Shown here: positions 9,566 through 18,116 of the stretch, piece after piece
Numbering within the stretch: the stretch's first letter is position 1
Layout of the letters: each line of letters begins with the position of its first letter
Assembly (NCBI GenBank): GCA_934352055.1
Contig: CAKRJY010000009.1
Span: forward strand, 34,207-98,206
Reading direction: 5' to 3'
DNA length: 64,000 bases
From: an uncultured Lachnospiraceae bacterium
Lineage (GTDB): Bacteria > Bacillota > Clostridia > Lachnospirales > Lachnospiraceae
Translations under genes and position numbers: made by a program
Notes under the pieces: generated by a model
Databases searched by the model: none
What the model saw: the letters and a program-made list of their open reading frames with translations, nothing else
What the model was told of the DNA's origin: nothing

Positions 9566-11989
9566 CTAGCCTCTTTTCGTACAACATTGAATTTTTCTTA
9601 TTTCTACTGCATCTAGCCCCTCAGCAGATACTGAGATAATAGCTTCACCTTCTTCTCCTGTTGAGCGAACATAAAATCCCAGTGTTCCATTGGATGTAGT
9701 AAAACAATTTCCCGTATATCGTTCCTCAGTAATCGGTTCTCTGCTTCCAATTGCAATAATCTCGGCAGGACCTGTAACATCAACAATTACCTTTCTATCT
9801 TCCAACAGTTTTACGATACCATTATGATCAGTAAGTTTGACCAATACAAAAGTGACATCCTCTCCATCTGCATACAGTTCCGTCTTTTCAGGAATCACTC
9901 TGATTACATCCTCCTTGCCAGCTGTCTTAATTGTCTCTTCCGCAATTACATTCCCCAATTCATCGTAACTTACTGCTTTTAATTCTCCCTGCTTATAAAC
10001 TGTCTCAAAGCAGGCTTTTGTGTCAACCAATTCTTTTCTTCCTATCGATACTCCATCTTGAAACAGTTCTATGTACTTTCCAATGCTATATACCTCAATT
10101 TCAGCCTTTCGACCTTCACATCCTTTAAAACTCCAGCTTGATACAGCGTCTGTATCTCTCCACATTCCAAAAAAATGTTTTTCTCCCGAATGATTAACTG
10201 GACGAACCGCTATGTAAGGTTTCTTATACAATACCCATGCTATATTTGCAGCATATCCTTCCGTCTCCATCTCTCCAAGGAGGTTTATAACGCCACATCC
10301 GGCGCTGACGCAAGGATATGGTCTATTAAATCCTCCCCGTGTAGTGCCATAAATCGGCACACCTACTCCTGCCTCGCCCAGATAATCTATAGCGGTCCAC
10401 ATGAAATCTCCTATCAGATAAGAATTTTTTTCAATTAGCGGCCAGCGCTTTGCCATGGAATGAGGATATGTCTCCGACCCCACCATAATCCTCATCGGGT
10501 CGTGTTTGTGATGTGGTTCATAACAATCCTCAGCATAATTAAGTCCTACAATATCCAGTTCATCAAAACATGGCCTAAGAAGTTTCTCGACTTTTTCCGG
10601 TTTACCCATTATCTTTTTAATAAATGGAACCACTGTGACAATAATATTCGCTAGCAAACTTGCTGCTGCCTGAGAATTTTTCGTCTCTTCATAAGGATTC
10701 ACCTCATCCAGAGATGTACACTTTGACTTAGAGCCCCCCATACTGGATACAACCGGATTGATGCAATTCACAACAGGTCGCGTGTTATCCTCTTCATGAC
10801 ATATTCTAACCAATTCGCGGCTAATTTCTACACCACTTTGTTTTCCTGTGTCTCCAATCTCATTTCCAATAGAATACATAATTACAGATGGGTGACTTAT
10901 ATCCTTTCTAATCATAGCGCGAAGGTCAGCTTCATGCTGCTCATCAAAATAGATTGAATAATCATATTCTACCTTCATAAACTGCCATTGATCAAAAGCT
11001 TCATCCATCACATACATTCCATACTTATCACAAGCTGAAAGCAAAGCTTTGCTGGCAGGATTATGAGCCGAACGGATGGCATTGAACCCCGCATCTTTTA
11101 GAATTTTAACCTTCCTCTCTTCCGCATAATCAATGGCTCTACTTCCAAGTATTCCATTATCATGGTGAATACAACCACCGCGAAGCTTTACATACTTATT
11201 ATTTATTTTAAGTCCGTGCTCTGCACTCCATGCCAAAAGTCGAATACCGGTCTTAATCTCTTGCCTATCAATCACCTCTCCTACATTATTCACAAGATTG
11301 CACTCTACTCTATACAGATGTGGCGCTTCATCACTCCATAACTTTGCATCCTTGATCGTAAGTTTTGCATTTAATCCTACACTGCTCACCACAAGTGTAT
11401 CACCATCATAAACCTTGATTGTCACATCACATTCTTCCGTAGCTTCAATCTCTGTCTTAACACAAATTACAGCAGGGTCAATACTCTTTGTAGTAACATG
11501 AATCCCATCAACTGCAATATGGTTCTTATTGCCCACATATAGATTTACATTTCTGTAAATTCCACTTCCTGTATACCAACGGCTGTTAGGCGTCCTGGTA
11601 TTATCCGCTATGACTCTTATCTCGTTATCTTCGCCATAGTTCAATTGTTCTGACAGTTCAAGAACGAAGCCCGTATAGCCGTATATCCAGCCCCCAATGT
11701 ACTTTCCATTCACATAGACAGAGGAATTCTGATAAATTCCCTCGAACTCAATCAAAATACATTTACCATCCCACTCATGTGGTGCATAAAAATTTTTGAG
11801 ATATACATACCTTCCACCGGGAAAGAATCCCGCCGCTGCACCGTTCTTCATGTTTTGAAGGCGTTTCTCTGTCTGCATTGCGTCATGAGGAAGCGTCACT
11901 TTTATTTCATCTCCCCCCGTTATATCATTTTTAAATGTCCAGTCTTTGTTGAATCTAATCCTTTCCATATTTTTGTGTTTCTTGCTCAT
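9566..11989 (-). CDS. glycoside hydrolase family 2 (beta-galactosidase/beta-glucuronidase-like)
   Basis: 807 aa. GH2 TIM-barrel motifs NAIRSAHNP...CDKYGMYVMDE and VIMYSIGNE. Confidence 0.8.
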   Translation of the reverse strand: MSKKHKNMERIRFNKDWTFKNDITGGDEIKVTLPHDAMQTEKRLQNMKNGAAAGFFPGGRYVYLKNFYAPHEWDGKCILIEFEGIYQNSSVYVNGKYIGGWIYGYTGFVLELSEQLNYGEDNEIRVIADNTRTPNSRWYTGSGIYRNVNLYVGNKNHIAVDGIHVTTKSIDPAVICVKTEIEATEECDVTIKVYDGDTLVVSSVGLNAKLTIKDAKLWSDEAPHLYRVECNLVNNVGEVIDRQEIKTGIRLLAWSAEHGLKINNKYVKLRGGCIHHDNGILGSRAIDYAEERKVKILKDAGFNAIRSAHNPASKALLSACDKYGMYVMDEAFDQWQFMKVEYDYSIYFDEQHEADLRAMIRKDISHPSVIMYSIGNEIGDTGKQSGVEISRELVRICHEEDNTRPVVNCINPVVSSMGGSKSKCTSLDEVNPYEETKNSQAAASLLANIIVTVVPFIKKIMGKPEKVEKLLRPCFDELDIVGLNYAEDCYEPHHKHDPMRIMVGSETYPHSMAKRWPLIEKNSYLIGDFMWTAIDYLGEAGVGVPIYGTTRGGFNRPYPCVSAGCGVINLLGEMETEGYAANIAWVLYKKPYIAVRPVNHSGEKHFFGMWRDTDAVSSWSFKGCEGRKAEIEVYSIGKYIELFQDGVSIGRKELVDTKACFETVYKQGELKAVSYDELGNVIAEETIKTAGKEDVIRVIPEKTELYADGEDVTFVLVKLTDHNGIVKLLEDRKVIVDVTGPAEIIAIGSREPITEERYTGNCFTTSNGTLGFYVRSTGEEGEAIISVSAEGLDAVEIRKIQCCTKRG

Positions 11990-12318
11990 CTACATTCATT
12001 TTTCTTAGTTCTTGTAGATAAAGCAAGATATCATGTCCCCTTTCTAAAGTTGTATCTTTGCAGATTATAATTTGTAATTTAATTATAATAAGTCTCCTCG
12101 CTTTAGATAACTCACAGTATATTTTATTACTATGCATATTATGAAAATAAACTTATCTAATATATCTGTGATGAAACACTCTTTATCATCTACTCCAATC
12201 AACTCAAGACTCACTACTGTTGATTGGCTAAACCTTAAGCAGACCGGATTTCCACCTGTTAGATTAATTGGCTGGGCGCACAATTCAACTTTTCCAATAC
12301 GTTCTCCCCTATTGCCTC

Positions 12319-12350
12319 AAAAAACACTCTCGAGTATCTACCCGAGAGTG
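12319..12350 (-). terminator. rho-independent terminator after the 730-aa surface protein gene
   Basis: Minus strand: cactctcg-N10-cgagagtg (8-bp stem) followed by tttttt. Confidence 0.65.
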
Positions 12351-12429
12351 CCATTCTTTAATCACTATTCAATTACCCAAACAACCTTCCTCTTCTTCCG
12401 TTCTATATTGTTACAACCATATGTACTTT

Positions 12430-14622
12430 TTATTTCGTTTTCTTTTTTACGAGCGTTACTGCCATGCATCCGCAAAGACCGGCACCTAAAAGCAGAAGCC
12501 ATGCGATAGGTAATGAAGTATCGTTTGTCTTTGGCGATGTCGTCGCTGTAGTTGCAGCCACATCTTCATATACCAATGCATAGGTAGAAAATCCATCCGT
12601 TGCAAATGTAAATTGTTTTGTATTCGCATCAAACGTTCCGTCAATGACCGTTGCTTTTCCATCATGAATACGAACCATACGATAAACTCTCTTCACACTG
12701 GTATCTGTGTTAATAAATTTATCCGGAATTGTGATGGTAATACCGATTGCACCGCTTGGATCTGTGATATTCCGATCCGCTAAGCCTGCAATCTGAAGCA
12801 AAAGATTGATGTCATATGTTTCTGCCATCTTATTCTTACCAATGACACTTTCGATTAATTTTGCTTCTTTCTCTGTCAGCGTCTTAACATTTACATTTAA
12901 CACAACATTTGCATTGGCGCCATTTGCAATTGCTTTCTTTTCTGCCGCGGTCAGACCAATAGCATCTAACAGTTCCTTTGTCGTCTGCGAAAATGTTGTC
13001 TGTGGTGCACCTGCGCCGGCATTAGCCTGTGTACTATAAACCGGTGTCTTACTCTTTTCTTTCTTTACAATAACATAGGTAGAGAACTGATTGGTTGCAA
13101 AAGAAACCGTTCCGTTGATTGCTGTTGTATCAAGTGCTGTCAATTTTCCATTGTGGTTTCTCACTACCGTATAATCATAATTGGCATCATAATCCTTCAA
13201 TGCCAAAGATAATGTGATTGGTTTTTCAAATTCCGTAATTCTAGTTTCCCAATTGGTGCCATTTCCTTTGCTGACAACCTGGTTCAAAGAAAGGTCTACT
13301 GCCTCTGCTGCTACAGCATCAGAAACAAGAGCTGTGGCTGCTGCTGTGTTATACTCTGTGTTATCCGAAACCTTCAACTCCAGATTTCCACTGTTTGCAG
13401 CATTGGCACCATTTGCAATTGCTGCATTTTTGACTGTATTTCCAGTCGTTACTACGGCGTCTTCTGATTTTGTAAAAATACCTTTGAAGTGAACGCTCGT
13501 ATCCGGCATGGTAAATGTAAACGTAGATACATCTTTTTGTGCCTCTAACGTAGCGCCGCCATTTAACTGCACACCCGATAACTGATAACCATAATCCGGT
13601 GTCAGCTTAATGGTGATTTTAGCACCAGGGGCTGCTGCAAAATGTCCACCATCTTTATTTCCTGCATTTGCTGCAAAATTATCCGGATCCTTTGGAAGTT
13701 TTTCAACTGGTGTTCCATCTACTGCAATGATTTCCGCTGTTCCATGCTCCAAATAGGCATCTTTACCATAGCGCACATCGTCATACGCCCATGTAATCGT
13801 GTTGACCTTTTTATCAATCTGGATATGCTGTGAACTAGAGCCATCCAAAACAAGCGGTGCATTTTCGCTAAATCCCATGCCCGCTGCATTTGGCGTAAAC
13901 TGTACCATATAGTTCGCATCATATTTTACATAGAGAGAAACCTTTTTTACAGTATTTGCAAACTGATAACGTCCATCCGGTGATACGGTAACCAGAGGTG
14001 TGCTGCCTGTACTATCCTTTGTCAAATCACTGATTTTCTGATAAGGCGCTTCTTCATTCACCTTTACATAAATATTGTTGGCATCATTTCCTGTTGCAAT
14101 CAAGTTATCAAATTCATCTTTTGCATTGCCTTCTAAGACAAATCCAATCCCCTGTGATGCTGGAGGCTGCGGTTGCTGTTCTCCGCCGCCAGAACCACCT
14201 GCTGCGATAAAAGCAATATGTTGAAATTCATAATTCTTATCTGTTTCCAAGGTAAGTCCATTTTCTGATTCCAACGCTGTTTTGTTTGCTTCGTCTTTCA
14301 AAATATCTTTTCCATCCAGATACAGACCTGCTCCAGGTTCTAATTGTCCACCATGGTCATACTTTATTCTTACCGCAGTCGCTGTTACTGTGTCATTCTT
14401 TTGCTGCGTATGCCAAGTTCCCGCATTGTCTTTCCACTGTATATAACCAAATTCCAGTGCCGTATCTTCATATTGAAACGTCAGATTCCCCGTACTTTCC
14501 GCCGTACTTCCTGACGTACCATCTTCCGCCAATACTTTTTGTGCCGGAATCATCGTTACCGTCAAAAGCATCGCTAAGACCAGTGATAAAATTCCACGCA
14601 TCCTTCCTTTTGTTTTTTTCAT
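12430..14622 (-). CDS. secreted cell-surface protein with a degenerate sorting signal (SPKTN plus TM plus KKKTK)
   Basis: 730 aa. Signal peptide MKKTKGRMRGILSLVLAMLLTV...AEDG. Internal duplicated module ending ...F(A/S)T(N/D)(Q/G)FSTY(V/A)(I/L)V. C-terminal SPKTN-DTSLPIAWLLLLGAGLCGCMAVTLV-KKKTK. AGGAGG RBS. Confidence 0.75.
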   Translation of the reverse strand: MKKTKGRMRGILSLVLAMLLTVTMIPAQKVLAEDGTSGSTAESTGNLTFQYEDTALEFGYIQWKDNAGTWHTQQKNDTVTATAVRIKYDHGGQLEPGAGLYLDGKDILKDEANKTALESENGLTLETDKNYEFQHIAFIAAGGSGGGEQQPQPPASQGIGFVLEGNAKDEFDNLIATGNDANNIYVKVNEEAPYQKISDLTKDSTGSTPLVTVSPDGRYQFANTVKKVSLYVKYDANYMVQFTPNAAGMGFSENAPLVLDGSSSQHIQIDKKVNTITWAYDDVRYGKDAYLEHGTAEIIAVDGTPVEKLPKDPDNFAANAGNKDGGHFAAAPGAKITIKLTPDYGYQLSGVQLNGGATLEAQKDVSTFTFTMPDTSVHFKGIFTKSEDAVVTTGNTVKNAAIANGANAANSGNLELKVSDNTEYNTAAATALVSDAVAAEAVDLSLNQVVSKGNGTNWETRITEFEKPITLSLALKDYDANYDYTVVRNHNGKLTALDTTAINGTVSFATNQFSTYVIVKKEKSKTPVYSTQANAGAGAPQTTFSQTTKELLDAIGLTAAEKKAIANGANANVVLNVNVKTLTEKEAKLIESVIGKNKMAETYDINLLLQIAGLADRNITDPSGAIGITITIPDKFINTDTSVKRVYRMVRIHDGKATVIDGTFDANTKQFTFATDGFSTYALVYEDVAATTATTSPKTNDTSLPIAWLLLLGAGLCGCMAVTLVKKKTK

Positions 14623-14685
14623 GTTGTCTTCCTCCTTTTGTCGCTTTTTATCTATGTACTATTATCTTCTTACATACATCCCACT

Positions 14686-15519
14686 TTAAAGTGTACCGCT
14701 GCCACCACAGACAACGCACTTAAAACTGCCACCGCACACAGGACAATCCATCGCTGTGCCAACACCACCGCAATGTGTACAGGTGTGTGTCTTTGCGCCA
14801 CCGCAAAAAGTACATGTATTTCCATGATCCAATCCGGTACCAAAGCAGTTACCACACTCCTCAATACCATCACCGCCACAGGCAGGACACGTCATACGAC
14901 CGCCATCACAATCCGGACATTCTCCGGTGCCGTTACAGTTTGAACATACTTGTTTGATCAATCCCGCCTCTTTTTGTGCTGTCCTGACTTCTTCACTCAT
15001 ATCCATCGCTGTCGTGATTGTGATGTCCTGTTCCTTTGCCGCTTCCATTACGACGCTATCCATTTTGGTTTGTAACTCGGTAGCATTCAAATCAGTCGTA
15101 CATTCTGTGATGGTAAGTGCTACCGTCTGATCTTCTTTCATATAGCCTTCCTCTGCTGCAATAGAAACCACAGTCTGTAACGTCTCATCCAGTGATTTCC
15201 CGGCAAACGATTTCTTGCTATATGCATCCTTTGCATCTGCATTCAGGCATTCCAATGCCACGACATTTTCATCTTTATCAAGATAAATGTTAAATTCAGG
15301 ATTAATTTTTATATGAATCACAGCCACATACTTCGCATTTTTTAAAATTGCTGCTACATCATCTCCTGTTTCTTCCGGTTCAACCGTCTTTTCCGTTTTC
15401 TTTTCTGTCGAGCTCTTTTGTTCTTCCTGTTTGGTTTTGCCGCATCCAAACAACATGGTAGAACATGCCAGTACAAGGCAGAGTAAACAACAAAAAACTC
15501 CCACATTACGTCGTCGCAT
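14686..15519 (-). CDS. lipoprotein with a C-terminal cluster of eight CxxC (DnaJ-type CxxCxGxG-like) motifs
   Basis: Start at MRRRNVGVF (GGAGG RBS). Lipobox LFGC. The last 86 aa are CSNCNGTGECPDCDGGRMTCPACGGDG..CGNCFGTG..CTFCGG..CTHCGGVG..CPVCGG..CVVCGGSG. Confidence 0.7.
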   Translation of the reverse strand: MRRRNVGVFCCLLCLVLACSTMLFGCGKTKQEEQKSSTEKKTEKTVEPEETGDDVAAILKNAKYVAVIHIKINPEFNIYLDKDENVVALECLNADAKDAYSKKSFAGKSLDETLQTVVSIAAEEGYMKEDQTVALTITECTTDLNATELQTKMDSVVMEAAKEQDITITTAMDMSEEVRTAQKEAGLIKQVCSNCNGTGECPDCDGGRMTCPACGGDGIEECGNCFGTGLDHGNTCTFCGGAKTHTCTHCGGVGTAMDCPVCGGSFKCVVCGGSGTL

Positions 15520-15624
15520 ATGCTCACCCTCCAACATCGTATTTACTACTTAATGATGGGTAAAATTTTAACATATGCGGTCGTAATATGGGAGTTGACA
15601 TATGTCTCAAATCGTCAAAATCCT

Positions 15625-17061
15625 TTATTTTTCCTGCATCCAGGCATAATAAAATTGGAGCAAACCAATTCTTGCCTTGGTATTTGTTTTCTCATTCATA
15701 TTCGAAATATGACGGTACAATGCTGCTCGTGAAATAGCAAGCTGCGTCGCCATCTCTGTCACATTATCTTCAGAATGAAGCATGCACGCAAGTACTTCCA
15801 CTTCGCGTGGTGTTAAGGAAAACTCCTGTGCAAAAAGTGCAAGCCATTCCTCTTCGTTTTTCTTATGTGTTTCTAATATTTTTTCTGTTTTTTGTGCTTC
15901 CTGCGATAAAATTGCATTTTCCTGTTTCCATCGCATTTGATCCCCAGATCTCTGGTACACAAAAATCAAAACACTTGTAATGGCAAATAGCACAAGCGCA
16001 ATTACAATGGTGACATAACTTGGCGAATGTAACAGTGTCAGTGACATCGAAGCCGTTCCCACCACACACAGATTGTTGACAGCACGCCCCAATCCAGCCC
16101 ACAGCTTTCCCTCTTTCATTGCATACGAAAGACGCATAAAACTGCTGGCAAAATAGATAGAAAAGAAGCCGGCTGACAGATAAAATACAACAAGTCCCAA
16201 TAGAAATGGACCACCGCACGTGATTACAACCACGCAAATCGTTGAAAGCATCATCACACAATACATGATGATGTTCTGGTAAGCACCTTTTTTGATATCA
16301 TATAAAAATCCTGCAAGCAAACCACTGCACGCAAGTAAAAGTCTCGGCCATTGTCCGATATCCGCACCTCCACCAGCATGTATCAATGTCACCGCGTTAT
16401 CTAATGTTGCAAAAATAAATGTCATGAGCGCAACAATAAAAATCAACAGCATACCCGTCTTTCGCGCAGCACCATCAGCTTCTATGACCGGATGTGTTTC
16501 TCCTTGCGTTTCGATCTGCTGTGCTTTTACCATAAATAAGCCTTCCATAACAGCAAAAGCCAGACATAAGAAAACCACCTGTACTGCTACTGATGAAATA
16601 CAATTGTTATTGATAAACTGCAATAAAATCCCAAATGCATAGGCACAGCCTACCGTTCGCGCCAAATGTGATTGTTCTGTCTCGATTTCTGCCGCAAAAG
16701 TCTGCGCAACCAAATAATGCACACCACTTCCAAAATACCCAAGCAACAAAAATAAAAACAAACCGGCGCGCAATGTGTGTCCATATCCGCTATGAATCTT
16801 GATAAAAAAGAACATCAGAATCACGGCTGCACTGCTCACGCTCCAAAACAGCCGCTTTATCTTTGCCGGTAACATTTTTTCCATTGGTGCATACAGCAGA
16901 AAACCCAGCACACTACTACCTAAAACATAACTCTGTGCTAAGACCACGCCATCTGCATCTGTCACAAAGGCCATCATATTATCAAAATAATACTCTGCAC
17001 CGAGAAATACAAAGTAAAAAATTCCAAGCATTAAAATTGATCTCACAGTACCTTTTCTCAT
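15625..17061 (-). CDS. polytopic membrane protein fused to a C-terminal LuxR/GerE-type HTH
   Basis: About 11-12 predicted TM helices, then LTPREVEVLACMLHSEDNVTEMATQLAISRAALYRHISNMNEKT. Start moved to MRKGTVRS (17061) because the track's upstream extension lies inside the ALDH relic. Confidence 0.7.
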   Translation of the reverse strand: MRKGTVRSILMLGIFYFVFLGAEYYFDNMMAFVTDADGVVLAQSYVLGSSVLGFLLYAPMEKMLPAKIKRLFWSVSSAAVILMFFFIKIHSGYGHTLRAGLFLFLLLGYFGSGVHYLVAQTFAAEIETEQSHLARTVGCAYAFGILLQFINNNCISSVAVQVVFLCLAFAVMEGLFMVKAQQIETQGETHPVIEADGAARKTGMLLIFIVALMTFIFATLDNAVTLIHAGGGADIGQWPRLLLACSGLLAGFLYDIKKGAYQNIIMYCVMMLSTICVVVITCGGPFLLGLVVFYLSAGFFSIYFASSFMRLSYAMKEGKLWAGLGRAVNNLCVVGTASMSLTLLHSPSYVTIVIALVLFAITSVLIFVYQRSGDQMRWKQENAILSQEAQKTEKILETHKKNEEEWLALFAQEFSLTPREVEVLACMLHSEDNVTEMATQLAISRAALYRHISNMNEKTNTKARIGLLQFYYAWMQEK

Positions 17062-17270
17062 ATCTTTCTTCCTACTAGTGATCCTTTCTTTTCTGTATAT
17101 TTCTGATAACGAACCGGTAAATCCATCCATGTCTTCTTATCCACGATACTTCTGTTATGGCTGAAAGTCTCGAAACCTGCTTCTCCATGGTAACCGCCCA
17201 TACCACTCTCACCAATACCGCCAAATGGCATCTCACTTGTCGCAAGATGAATAATGGTATCATTGATACA
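17058..17270 (-). pseudogene. C-terminal relic (about 70 codons) of an NAD(P)-dependent aldehyde dehydrogenase
   Basis: The frame reads CINDTIIHLATSEMPFGGIGESGMGGYHGEAGFETFSHNRSIVDKKTWMDLPVRYQKY... (ALDH PFGG(V/I)GxSGxGxYHG motif). An in-frame stop lies immediately upstream and there is no N-terminal part. Its TGA overlaps the LuxR-gene ATG (ATGA). Confidence 0.7.
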
Positions 17271-17334
17271 TCATAACGCAGTTTCCAAAGATACTAAAGG
17301 GATTTTTTCTAAAGAAAAGTTTAGAATTATGAAA

Positions 17335-18114
17335 TTATGGTTCGAAATCATAGGCTTCGTAAGCTGTTGTATCGGAATAGTCCCACCATTCTCCTGCGTA
17401 ACCACGAAAGCCACATTCTGCCATCACGCTTTCCATCATTCTGGCGTTTTCTGCCGCCGTTTCCGATACATCACTGTAATCGCGATCTGCCATGAGCGAA
17501 AAATCATCAAATGCCGTCGGCATTTCTACTTCATTTCCATCAAACGTCACCAGTGTCATATCAATCGTTCCACCCAGATTATGTGCTTTCATACCATTCG
17601 CCGGGTTGGCAACATAGCGTGGATTTGGACATACCTGCCATAACTTTTCCTGTGCCGCAAATGGGCGATATGCATCCCAGATTTTTATGTAATATCCCAT
17701 AGATTTGAATTTTTCCTGCGCCACTGCAAGTTTTTTTACTGTTCCATAGCGCAAATAAGCATCCTTAAAATCATAGATAACGGTTCCGGTAAAATTATCT
17801 GTTGTCGCATACTTGAGGTCTATGACGATATCCGGAATATAATCTGTAATTTTCACAAAGTCTGTATCTGCAGGTTCTTCCACTGTCTGTTCTTTTTCTG
17901 TTGTCGCTGGTTCCTCTATATCGTCTTGATCTGCATTCTTTTCCGCTGCTTTTGCATTTTCTTTGTATTCCTGTGTTTCCTTTTCCTTCTCTATTTTTTC
18001 GGCTTCTTTCTTTTGGCTGGTGTAATACCTGCCATAGGAAACACCGCCGATTAAGAGCACCGCGAAAGCAATTATAATGATGATAGATAGAAGTTTTATT
18101 TTCTTTTTTTGCAT
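17335..18114 (-). CDS. membrane-anchored M15-family D-alanyl-D-alanine dipeptidase/carboxypeptidase (VanX/VanY-like)
   Basis: N-terminal TM helix, an E/K-rich linker, then YRPFAAQ...AHNLGGTIDMTL...GEWWDY (VanX-type SxHxxGxAxD and EWW[H] motifs, with D in place of the final H). Confidence 0.7.
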   Translation of the reverse strand: MQKKKIKLLSIIIIIAFAVLLIGGVSYGRYYTSQKKEAEKIEKEKETQEYKENAKAAEKNADQDDIEEPATTEKEQTVEEPADTDFVKITDYIPDIVIDLKYATTDNFTGTVIYDFKDAYLRYGTVKKLAVAQEKFKSMGYYIKIWDAYRPFAAQEKLWQVCPNPRYVANPANGMKAHNLGGTIDMTLVTFDGNEVEMPTAFDDFSLMADRDYSDVSETAAENARMMESVMAECGFRGYAGEWWDYSDTTAYEAYDFEP

Positions 18115-18116
18115 AC

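Noticed and set aside
12196-12228. A 9-bp hairpin (ccaatcaac...gttgattgg) in the 440-bp gap between the GH2 and surface-protein genes, as a possible sRNA or riboswitch piece.
   Set aside because: It is an isolated stem with no flanking conserved structure, promoter or terminator pairing that I can see.
17062-17130. The N-terminal 23 codons (MDGFTGSLSEIYRKERITSRKKD) of track ORF 15625..17130.
   Set aside because: This stretch lies inside the aldehyde-dehydrogenase relic, read in another frame. The ATG at 17061 (MRKGTVRS) overlaps the relic's stop as ATGA and immediately precedes the first TM helix.
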